A stretch of DNA of 64,000 nt from the NCBI GenBank assembly GCA_964019335.1, contig OZ025673.1:496001-560000 (forward strand), given 5' to 3'. The position numbers were made by a program, and so were the translations under genes. Shown here piece after piece: positions 55,413-64,000 of this stretch. The number at the start of each line of letters is the position of its first letter. Position 1 is the first letter of the stretch. The notes beneath the pieces were generated by a model. It ran no database searches. It saw only the letters and a program-made list of their open reading frames with translations, and was not told where the DNA came from. This DNA is from Diplonema japonicum. Taxonomy: Eukaryota > Protista > Euglenozoa: Diplonemea.

Positions 55413-57758
55413 CTACAGAGTGACCCTTGTAGTGAGAGGGGTAAACGCAAGGGAAGGGAGAGTAATCGGTTTCTTGTGTCTGTTCTCCCTCCTAACAATG
55501 GCGGTGTGCGAGGGTGGCTGCCGCTGACGTCGTTTCACCTGCCTGCCCTGCTTGGGGGGGGTTTGCGGTGGTGAAGGGGTGAACTGAGGCATGCGAGCCA
55601 GAGCCACATCTTTGTCGAAGAGCATAACTTCTTTGGTGAGGGCCGCGATCTCACGTGGGAGGGGGTGCTTCTTGGAAGCATCTGGTGTGCTACGCGGCTC
55701 AGAGAAGGAGAGCGCTGTACTTTCCTGTGCTTGCAACCTCATGTGAAGCTTCTGATAAGAAGCTAACAGCTTGCTCAGAGTGTCCACACGCACAAAGGAA
55801 TCACGAAGAGAGCAACGCAGCTGTGTGATGACGTACTCGGCGCCTTCCGAAGTGATGACCTGGTCAGGGACCACTTCATCCTCTTGGTTATCGATGCAAA
55901 TGTATTGTACCTCTGAGTACGCCTTTGAGGCAGCGCTGTGTTTGCTCTGCGCCAAGCAGAAAGTTGATATGGTGGTCGTCATGCCATCCACGTGTCCAGG
56001 CCACACGTCGAAGTCTGTGTTGCAGCCAGTTTCTTCTTTTGCGGGTCCTGTCGCTATGTCGATGACTGCTATGACGTCTGTTTGTGTCATTTGAGTGGCG
56101 TAATCGAAGTCAACAGTTTGCACCTCACGTGTCACCCCGGTGTAGTTCTCCGCCACTGTGAGCTTTAGATTCCTCCGTGCGTACTTGTCGGTTTGCATGC
56201 TGCTGTCGATCAGCAACGCCGTGTTTGTATGGAAACTGCGCATCGGCTGCAGTGCTTGTTTGATCATTGTCTCTACCTCTGTTGTTGCCATGTGCGGTGT
56301 GTTCGTCGCGGCGTCTCTTGTCGGAACAGAGGTGCATGGCAACCATGTACCCACCTCCACCTCTTCCATAGGTTCCTGCTCCGTGCCGTCAGGCTGTGCG
56401 ATTTTTAGCTTCCTTTCGAAGAGGTTTCTTTCCAGTGTCAGCTGCTTCTCGAGCATGGCTGTCTTCGACTTCAGCTTGTTCATCTCCCACTCCGCCACCT
56501 GTTTGTAGTCTTTCTGGTTTGTTTCGAGGGTTGCGTGAGCTTTTAGTTTCGCGTTCGCCGCGCACATTTCTTGTTCGTGTGTTTTGCTCGTTGCGAGGAT
56601 CTCCTTAACGAGGTTATTGACGACTGTGTACACTTCCTGGAGTCTGCTCGTGATCTCGGACAGTACAGCCTCACTGTTCACGGTAAGGTTCTGCGTTGCG
56701 AGACGTGAGTATGTGTTGGGCGTCGTTCTGACAGCACCGGAGACGGACTCGGGCCATTCAATCTCTGCTAAATACCTTTTGTGCTGATCGTAGAAAAGGT
56801 CGAAAGCTGTTAGGATGGACACGGGGTGCGCTGCGGATGAGAGCACACTCTGAGCCATCTGTCCAATGAGCTGCTTGACGCGTTCTAGACTCACAACATT
56901 ATCGTTGACAACGTTAACCACAGTGCTCTTGATGGAGAGCAGTGATGATTTGATGCTCTGGATGTTCACAGCCACTAACCGCGTGAAGTTGTTCGAAGGT
57001 GCCTTGGTAAGCTTGTTCAGCTTCTTGTTCATGACTGTGTCCTGCTTGTACGCGTCGTACATGTTTTCGATATGTGTTTTCATCTCTGTCGTGTGGTGTT
57101 CGCGCTGCACGGCACCGTGGCTTATCAACTCCAGTCGTTGACGCAAGTTGTGTACAATCCCTGCCGTGACCATCTCCTTCCTTTTTTGCAAGGGGATTTT
57201 CCCCCACCCGTCCTTCAGGCCTCTGTTTTCGGTAGGCTGGCTGAGTACTTTGAGGCATCCCTTGCAGAAATGGATTTCTTCACGGCTGCTGCCTGACAAC
57301 CTGTCGATTTCTTTTTCAATCTCGCGCAAGGTAGAGGCGTCTGTCTCCATCTGATCCAGGAGGAGGTTCTCCTGTGCATATACAACTTTCATGTTTGCCT
57401 CCCTGAGCTCTGCTTTGAGATCGGTGACCATCTTGTAATAGCGTACTGACTCGTCCTGCTTTTCCGTTAGCACGCTGCGCATCTTTGACAGAGCAGTGTT
57501 CTTATCTGCCATGTTGTTCTGCATCAGCTCACGAAGTTTCTCCAGCCGCGACTTGTCCTTCACGCGTGTGTACAGCAGCAGCCTTTCATAACACCGTTTG
57601 ATCAGCCCCTTCTCGAACGTTGTCTGCAACAACCCCGCCACACTGTTCTCTTGCATTCCTTGCTGTATCCCCGTGATTTTCTTCTCCGTCCTCTTGGCCA
57701 TGTAGTCGAGAGTCGCTGCCACTTCATCTGAGCCCGCATGTTCCCCATCCTTCCCCAT
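55413..57758 (-). CDS. Coiled-coil protein with TQT/QT-like motifs (781 aa), unknown function
   Basis: Long ORF; SMQTD, EVQTV and TQMTQTD resemble dynein-light-chain-binding motifs. Confidence 0.75.
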   Translation of the reverse strand: MGKDGEHAGSDEVAATLDYMAKRTEKKITGIQQGMQENSVAGLLQTTFEKGLIKRCYERLLLYTRVKDKSRLEKLRELMQNNMADKNTALSKMRSVLTEKQDESVRYYKMVTDLKAELREANMKVVYAQENLLLDQMETDASTLREIEKEIDRLSGSSREEIHFCKGCLKVLSQPTENRGLKDGWGKIPLQKRKEMVTAGIVHNLRQRLELISHGAVQREHHTTEMKTHIENMYDAYKQDTVMNKKLNKLTKAPSNNFTRLVAVNIQSIKSSLLSIKSTVVNVVNDNVVSLERVKQLIGQMAQSVLSSAAHPVSILTAFDLFYDQHKRYLAEIEWPESVSGAVRTTPNTYSRLATQNLTVNSEAVLSEITSRLQEVYTVVNNLVKEILATSKTHEQEMCAANAKLKAHATLETNQKDYKQVAEWEMNKLKSKTAMLEKQLTLERNLFERKLKIAQPDGTEQEPMEEVEVGTWLPCTSVPTRDAATNTPHMATTEVETMIKQALQPMRSFHTNTALLIDSSMQTDKYARRNLKLTVAENYTGVTREVQTVDFDYATQMTQTDVIAVIDIATGPAKEETGCNTDFDVWPGHVDGMTTTISTFCLAQSKHSAASKAYSEVQYICIDNQEDEVVPDQVITSEGAEYVITQLRCSLRDSFVRVDTLSKLLASYQKLHMRLQAQESTALSFSEPRSTPDASKKHPLPREIAALTKEVMLFDKDVALARMPQFTPSPPQTPPKQGRQVKRRQRQPPSHTAIVRRENRHKKPITLPSLAFTPLTTRVTL

Positions 57759-57992
57759 CCGACCCTGCAGTGTGCGCTGGACGGTAATAAAGGCAATGAG
57801 AATATCTACGACAAAAAAAAGGGAAATACTAAAATAAAACTAAGAGAGTCACCAGGCAGGTGAAGGCTCCGCTTAAAAAGAAAAATCTAAAGCACATTTA
57901 GAAATATGCGTTGTCATTATGAAAAAAAGGGGGGGGGGGGTAAAGTAGAAAAGAAGAAAAACTGAACTAAACAAAAGGTGCAGAAAGCGGTG

Positions 57993-60158
57993 TCAAGAGG
58001 TTTGCCAGAGCTTTGCGTTGCGTGAGAGGAAATCTTTCGAGTAAGGCGGCGGGGAGGGATGAGGGGGCGTGGAGGCGAAGGAAGGTTCAAAGGAGGAACC
58101 TGAGTCGGGCGACATGTCTGAAAGGCACGAGGAGAGCGTGTCACTGTCGGAGACCTGCGCTTCGGTATCGGTGGTGTCCAACGAAGAGGAGCACGCGATG
58201 GAGTGATCCACAGACATGCTGATGCTCCTCTCCTCTTTCAGACCCGACAAGCGCCCAACGTCAATGTCAGACTTTTTGCTGGGGCTGCTGCTGCTCGGGT
58301 TCGGGGAGTACCCGCCCTGTATCCACCCATCCCCGTTCACGACCGGCTCTGTCGGGGGCTCAAATCTCACTTCCACTGCGGCTCGTGTCGCCTCCTCCGT
58401 CGCCACCTCTCGCGGCTCCTCCATTGGCATCGTTTCTGTCATCTCAGCAGGGGCTTCTTTTGCTTCATGTCTTGGCACAGCAGTGAACAGCTGCTGCAAT
58501 CGTTCCTGCAGGCCCTTGATGTCCACCCGCAGCGAAGCCATCTTCTGCGACGTAGTCTTGAACGGGTCGTCTTTGGCACCTTCGTCGCAGCTCTCCAGCA
58601 CATCAGGGTCGGTGACGAGGGTGGCGTCAGGCTCCGAAGAGTTGTCGGCGGGCTCGTGCTGGATGGGCGCAGGAGTTGAAGGCTCGTCTGGCTGAACTTC
58701 GATATCAGCTGTAGTTTCAACCTCTGTTTCTACCACAGGCATTGTAAGTACGGGTTGTGGTTCGAGGCCCTGCTCTGGAGCGAGGAGCGTTCCGATTTCA
58801 GGGTTAGAGACGGAAAGGTGCTCAGGCACCGGGTGCTCTATTTTCGATTCCTGCGGTACTGGCAGGTAGACCTGTTGAGGGGCAATAGGAGCAGGGGCGG
58901 GGGCGGGAGTGGGCGCAGGAGAAAGCTGAGGAGAGAGAGAAGACGATGGCTCAGCTACGTAGCATGGTAGGGCAACTTCATGCTGCTGGCCAGACAGCTC
59001 GAACAGCTCTCGCAAGTGCTGGCTTACCTCTTCAGCACCTACAACGTCCTTAAGCTGCCTTCCGTTCTTTGCCTGAAGCACAGCAGTGTCGTTGCCCTTC
59101 TTCGTGTGATGCGTCACGTCGCTCAGCTTCCAGTCCAGGTCGGGGCGTATGAAGGTCTTCTCGAAGTCCTGTTGAAGTTGCGTCTCTAGCCTACTTGTCT
59201 TTCGCATCTGCGACTGCTGGTACTCTACGTGGCGACATTCGACTGTCAAATTAGTAATCTTCTCCCGGCGCTCCTTCCGCTTTGCTAGAGCCATCTCGAT
59301 GACGGTCTCCTTCTCCTCTTCCTCTATTTCATTTGCTTGCTTGATTTCATAAGCACGCTGCTTCTCGAGCTCCTTAAATTCTCTCAGCTTTTTCTTCTCG
59401 GCTTCTCTTAATTTTCGTGTTGCTTCCGCTTCTTTCTTTGCTTGCACAGTGGCACTCGGCACACCTTGCTTGTCCGGTGCCACGTTCCCCCACACCTCGC
59501 AAGCACCACCTTCCGAGGGGTAGGCCGCTGCCTTGCCCGAGACCAAGATCTTGTGGTACCCTGATGTCTTGTAATCATCAACTCTCAAAGGCTTGCTGTT
59601 TTTCATAAGTTGCAAGCCAACAGGGCGCACTGCAGCTTGGCTCTGCGCGTTGCGCAAAAGCTGCTCTTCCTTCTGAGTTCTTTTGTGGTGGGTGGCAACT
59701 GCAGAGTGCGACCTGGAAGACTCTGTCGCAGCAACACGTGCTCTTCTGTCGCTTGCGTCTCGGAACTTCTCCTGCTTGTCTTCCCGCACCTTTCTAACTG
59801 AAAGAAGTGATTTGTTGAAGCAGGACGCGTGCACCTTGTGTCTAGCCTCCCACGCGGTGTGGCTGTTCTCTGCGCGTGCCTGCAACGCTGTTGTCGACGC
59901 CTTCGCATCTCTGTGCGCTTTCCCCGTCGCTTCTGCCGCGTCACTGGCCTTCTTCCGCGCTACCGTCACTTCTTCCTCATGGATCACCTGCCACTTACTT
60001 TCCATCATTTTCTTGCACTTCATCTCGTGGAGCACAGCTGCGGCAGCTGCTTTTTCTCTTTGCTCGGCAGCACGGTCCTTCTCCATCTTGCGGACGGCCT
60101 TCAATCTTTCAATCTGACGCTCCTTCGCACGAGTCTTGCGCCACTCCTCGACGTACAT
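57993..60158 (-). CDS. CEP295/Ana1-like centriolar coiled-coil protein (721 aa)
   Basis: N-terminus RQIERLKAVRKMEK..W..GKAHRDAK parallels the CEP295 N-terminal RKLRLLQVREQER..W..GEGHRQAK pattern (by eye). Confidence 0.55.
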   Translation of the reverse strand: MYVEEWRKTRAKERQIERLKAVRKMEKDRAAEQREKAAAAAVLHEMKCKKMMESKWQVIHEEEVTVARKKASDAAEATGKAHRDAKASTTALQARAENSHTAWEARHKVHASCFNKSLLSVRKVREDKQEKFRDASDRRARVAATESSRSHSAVATHHKRTQKEEQLLRNAQSQAAVRPVGLQLMKNSKPLRVDDYKTSGYHKILVSGKAAAYPSEGGACEVWGNVAPDKQGVPSATVQAKKEAEATRKLREAEKKKLREFKELEKQRAYEIKQANEIEEEEKETVIEMALAKRKERREKITNLTVECRHVEYQQSQMRKTSRLETQLQQDFEKTFIRPDLDWKLSDVTHHTKKGNDTAVLQAKNGRQLKDVVGAEEVSQHLRELFELSGQQHEVALPCYVAEPSSSLSPQLSPAPTPAPAPAPIAPQQVYLPVPQESKIEHPVPEHLSVSNPEIGTLLAPEQGLEPQPVLTMPVVETEVETTADIEVQPDEPSTPAPIQHEPADNSSEPDATLVTDPDVLESCDEGAKDDPFKTTSQKMASLRVDIKGLQERLQQLFTAVPRHEAKEAPAEMTETMPMEEPREVATEEATRAAVEVRFEPPTEPVVNGDGWIQGGYSPNPSSSSPSKKSDIDVGRLSGLKEERSISMSVDHSIACSSSLDTTDTEAQVSDSDTLSSCLSDMSPDSGSSFEPSFASTPPHPSPPPYSKDFLSRNAKLWQTS

Positions 60159-60216
60159 ATTGCTGTATTATTGTATCCTGTAGAAGGTAGGTAGTGCTAG
60201 CACGGGCATGCTGTAA

Positions 60217-60822
60217 CTAGTTGGAGTCCATTGTCTTCACAAAGTCATCGTACGTCACAACACCATCGCAGTTGAAGTCTGCCTGTTCAAGTGCTTCGAG
60301 GAGCTCCTCAGGCCGGAACGGGTTCATGTTCAGCGTGGCAAGGACCGCAGAGAGATCAGAAGCAGAGAGGATGCCGTCGCTGTTAGTGTCCATGATCCGC
60401 CAGACGGCCTGCAGCTCGTTGTCTTTGTCCTCCGCACCCCCAAGGGTCATCCCAAGGATCTCTAAGAAGTAAGGAAAGCTGATGTAAACTTGCTCGGGTT
60501 TGCCCTTATCCTGCTCCTGTTGCTCTTCCAACCTCGCCCCCATCGCCTGTTCGTTCCGTTTCACTACGCTCGGTGTCTGCAACAATCTGAACACCAGGTC
60601 CTTCACCTGGTTTACAGTATGTTCGTACCCAATGTCACTCAGCAGGGCCTTCACTTGTGCAATAGTAAGTCCTTTTTCAGGGACCGGTTCGTAAGCCTGG
60701 TACAGCTCCATCGCCTGGTTGACGATGGCATCCGACAGCACTGGGTGCCGTGCCTTCTCGAGACGTTGCTTTGATTGCGTTCGACGTGACGTGAGGCTCA
60801 CTGTCTCGGGGTCGTCGGCCAT
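60217..60822 (-). CDS. EF-hand (calmodulin/centrin-like) protein
   Basis: DTNSDGILSASDL and DFNCDGVVTYDDF loops. Confidence 0.88.
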   Translation of the reverse strand: MADDPETVSLTSRRTQSKQRLEKARHPVLSDAIVNQAMELYQAYEPVPEKGLTIAQVKALLSDIGYEHTVNQVKDLVFRLLQTPSVVKRNEQAMGARLEEQQEQDKGKPEQVYISFPYFLEILGMTLGGAEDKDNELQAVWRIMDTNSDGILSASDLSAVLATLNMNPFRPEELLEALEQADFNCDGVVTYDDFVKTMDSN

Positions 60823-60908
60823 CGTGTACCTTGGATACTTTGCAGTGGAAGGGTGGTTGAATAACTACATTGATGACTGATACGTGTGGTAAATAAATCT
60901 GTGCAATG

Positions 60909-62629
60909 TCACGCAGACGAGAAGAGGTTCTTAATGAGGGCGTCGACCATGGGGGGGACGTCCTGGGGGTCGGGGGCAGCGTAGCCCACGAGTTTCTGGT
61001 GGGGTTCAAAATTCAATTTTCTCGCCTTGGAACGACGCTTGTCGACGAGCAGCCTGCTGGGGTCCTTCGCACGTCGCTGTGCCTCCGCAAGGTCCCCTGC
61101 ATCCGCGATCTTCGCGTCAGAGCAACTGTGATGTATATTATATTACCCACCTGAAATAAGCATACTTGTGCATGTAATCCGTCAGCAGCCACGAATAGAA
61201 GTCGCTGTCGTCGTAGATATGCTCATCGTGGACGTACTCCATTGACTGTGTGGTGGTGGTGGGTGATTCTCTTTTTTTTTTCCAGATTGATACCTGCATG
61301 AGCTTGGGGTTCTTCTTAATTTCCTCGGTGCTGGGATGGCCATACGGCAGCTGGCCTGTTCGGTTTTTCTGTGACTTTCTCTTGAGCCGTTCCGAGTCTC
61401 GTTTCAGCATGTCCTGAACCTGCTTTGCGGCCGACGACCCTGAGGTGAGGCTCGACTCCCCACCCGACTGTGCCCCGGTGAGCTGGGCACGGGCATGCCA
61501 TTGATCGAGAACTTCATCGATGTTCACCATCGAGTTGGATGCGACGCAGAGGCGCCAGTACTTTTCCAAGTCAACACCTCTGGCCGCGCCGTGCTGTTTT
61601 TTTGTGTTGTGGGGGGGAAAGAGAAAATAAATCATACCTTAGGCGCAGGACTATAGCTTTGCGCTTTCACAGCTTTGTTCTGGTTCAGCATCTCAATGCG
61701 CAGCGAGTGGAGCTCGTCCATAACCTCACCAAGCCCCTGCTTCACAGAGGAGATGGCAGAAGCAATCTCTGCAGAGTTGCGGTACTCCGATGCGTAGTGC
61801 TGGGGCAGCCTCGCAGCGAAGGACAGTGGTTGCTGCAGGTGAATACGGCACGCAACGAGCTGTGTTAGTTTTATTTATTTATTTATATATTCTTGTTTAC
61901 CTTGCTCCATATTTTGTATTGGTTTTTCGTGTCGATTGATTTTTTACTGTCTGTCTCGATGACGCTCATGATATTTTTTGAGGATTTTTCTGTTGCGGCC
62001 TTCAGCTCTGCAAGCTGGCGGGCATTGTCGGCCTCCTCGTCGGACTCCATGTCGGAGCCTTCTTCAAAGTCATCTCTGTTCCGTTTCAAGTTGATGCGCT
62101 TCGGTGTCTTCTTTCCTGTGTCTGTCTTGTTGGACGCCAGGAAGTCTTCGTATGTCTCGCCTTCTTCTTCTTGCCCGCTTTCATCGTCAAGATCGCCGAA
62201 GATGTTGTCCATTTTAGCAGAAATGGCGGCTTCGTTGATGTTCTCGTTGCCGATCAGCTTGTCGTAGGCAGCGAAGTCGTCTGATGAATAGTCTGTGCCG
62301 TAGCCAGGGTCCTTTTCGTCTTGCTCTTCGCTGTCTCCTTCCTCTTCTTCTTCTTCGGGGTTTTCATCTTCTCTGTTGCCAAAGGCGTTTTCTGCGTTTA
62401 CTACTTTCCCCTTATATGTGCCCTCTGTGAAGGCTCCTCCTAGATCACCCCTCAGTCTCATGCCCCCGCCTTTTTCCATACCCACGGAACTCAATAGCTC
62501 GTCTTCCCACGCTGTGCCCTCCACCGCCTCTCCTTCGTCTTCAGCGTCTACTTCTTTTGGTGCCCTTGCGTCCAGCAGCTCTAGCATCTCGTCTGCGAAC
62601 CCTTTTTTTTTTTTCATTTTTACCGGCAT
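60909..62629 (-). CDS. BFR2: AATF/Bfr2 (SSU processome factor); introns 61860-61900, 61594-61637, 61246-61293, 61126-61165
   Basis: Acidic N-terminus, Q..IWSKLVACRIHLQ, IYDDSDFYSWLL and VDKRRSKARKLNFEPHQKLVGY, matching the AATF C-terminal motifs. All four GT-AG introns keep the frame. Confidence 0.85.
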
Positions 62630-62921
62630 TTTTCTTTTTCTTTTTTGTTAAAGGGGTGTCTTGTATTATTATTTTTTTTTAATATAGTAGTGGTGAATTT
62701 GTGGGGGGGAAATGAGTACAAAAAAAAAAGAAGAAAAAAATTGACAAATAAACTTTTTTTTTTCTGATTGAAAGGGTATAAAAAAAAAAGAGGGGACGTA
62801 AAAAAAAAAAAAAAAAAAAGTAGAGGGGAGGGGATGAAGTGTGGGTGTGTATTGATAAAAAGAATGAATATTGGAGAGAAATGAAATAAAAAAGAAAAGA
62901 AAGAAGCCCGATTTTTTTTTC

Positions 62922-64000
62922 TTACTCCTCGTCCGCCTCTCCCATTCGCGCGTTGACGAAGTCGATGGCTCGTTGCTTGACATACTCGACCCTGTCAGGA
63001 GAGCCCCGCTCCTTCTCAAAGGTCATGTAGCGAGTCATGAAATACTGCATTTTCTTGCTGGAGAGAGGCATCGAAGTCACACGGTCAAATACGTTTCTTA
63101 TCCTGTTTTTTTTTTTTTTTTTTTTTTTTTTTTTCTTCTTTTTTTTTTCCCCCTCCACACCTTGTAAGGTCGTCCAATTTCGGCAGCACCACCTGTTCCA
63201 TATCCAGATACACCGACCACAAATCCGTTCTCTTAGGGTACTTCACAAGCAGACCCTCAAAGATGGTCCTCCCCTTGTCGATGCTACCTTGCCGGTATTG
63301 CAAGCATCCCACCTGTTGGTTGTTTTTTTCTCTTTTTTTTTTTCTGTTCTTTATTATACCTTGAGCAAGAAATCGACCTGTTGCTTCTGCGTGATCGATG
63401 GGTTGTTGAGGAGCCTCTTCTGCAGCTTATTGATGTCATCCTGCTGCCCCCTGCCAAGCAGGTACGAGGCATAGTCCACCCAGGGTTTAATCTGTATTTT
63501 TTTCCCCCAAAAAATTATATATTCATAGACATACCGAGTTGTGCCCGAACTTCTTCAAGATGCTTTGGTATGTTTTATCGACCAAGACGTGGTGGTTGGC
63601 GGCCTTACCGATTTCAACGAGTGCGTTGTATGACTTGAGGGGGTCGTCGGAGTGCTGCACGAAGCGCATGAAGACTGCGTGGAGGGACTCGGGTGTTCCG
63701 TACCCGTTCTCAAGATTGAGGTATGCCACCCACACGTTGAAAAGCTCGTCGCTCTCACGGTAGTTGATGGTCTTCAGGGCTCGCTCTGCCACCAGCCTTG
63801 CCTGCTCGTACTCTCGCTGTGCCACGTGGTAGGCCATGTATTGGCACCACACATAACTCGAGTGCGGGGAGCCCATCACCAGCCGCTCGAAGTCCTCCTT
63901 CGTCTTAGGCGTCTCGTCGTTCAGCCTGCTCCTCTCCACTTCGTCGATTAACAGCTCGTTCTCTTCGTCCTTCTTCTTCCTCTTCTTTTTCTTGTTTTCC
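62922..64000 (-). CDS. RRP5: RRP5/PDCD11 C-terminal HAT-repeat region (5' partial); introns 63492-63534, 63313-63359, 63103-63160
   Basis: DFERLVMGSPHSSYVWCQYMAY, ARLVAERALKTINYRE, NVWVAYLNLENGYG, GRTIFEGLL..YPKRTDLWSVYLDME. Confidence 0.93.

Overview
Eukaryotic nuclear DNA. It is most likely a euglenozoan, probably a diplonemid; this is inferred from gene organisation, not from a taxonomic marker. All ~24 credible protein genes lie on the minus strand, some only 40-120 bp apart with pyrimidine-rich/AG sites just upstream of the ATG, which fits a polycistronic unit resolved by trans-splicing. The genes also carry ~19 tiny (34-69 nt) spliceosomal introns. Recognisable genes: gamma-COP, an ASCC2/Cue3-like CUE protein, PDI, a GT61 glycosyltransferase, PP2C, an EcKinase/APH-like kinase, profilin, a cyclophilin-fold protein, a CEP295-like protein, an EF-hand protein, AATF/Bfr2, RRP5 (partial), two CCCH zinc-finger proteins and a 2.2-kaa repeat surface protein. 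Main oddities: (1) five dispersed, nucleotide-identical (ATG to stop) copies of a 386-aa Cys-rich type I membrane protein CDS with mixed-and-matched 5'/3' flanks; (2) two tandem arrays of box C/D and single-hairpin AGA-box (H/ACA-like) snoRNAs directly upstream of two of those copies; (3) a 258-bp CRE-like retrotransposon 3' fragment inserted in the loop of one snoRNA; (4) introns with poly(A) rather than polypyrimidine 3' ends, biased toward gene 3' halves; (5) a MULE remnant beside a 200-N gap. Intergenic DNA is dominated by long A/T and G/C homopolymers, which generate most of the spurious ORFs in the supplied track. Family assignments come from motif recognition by eye; no database searches were run.
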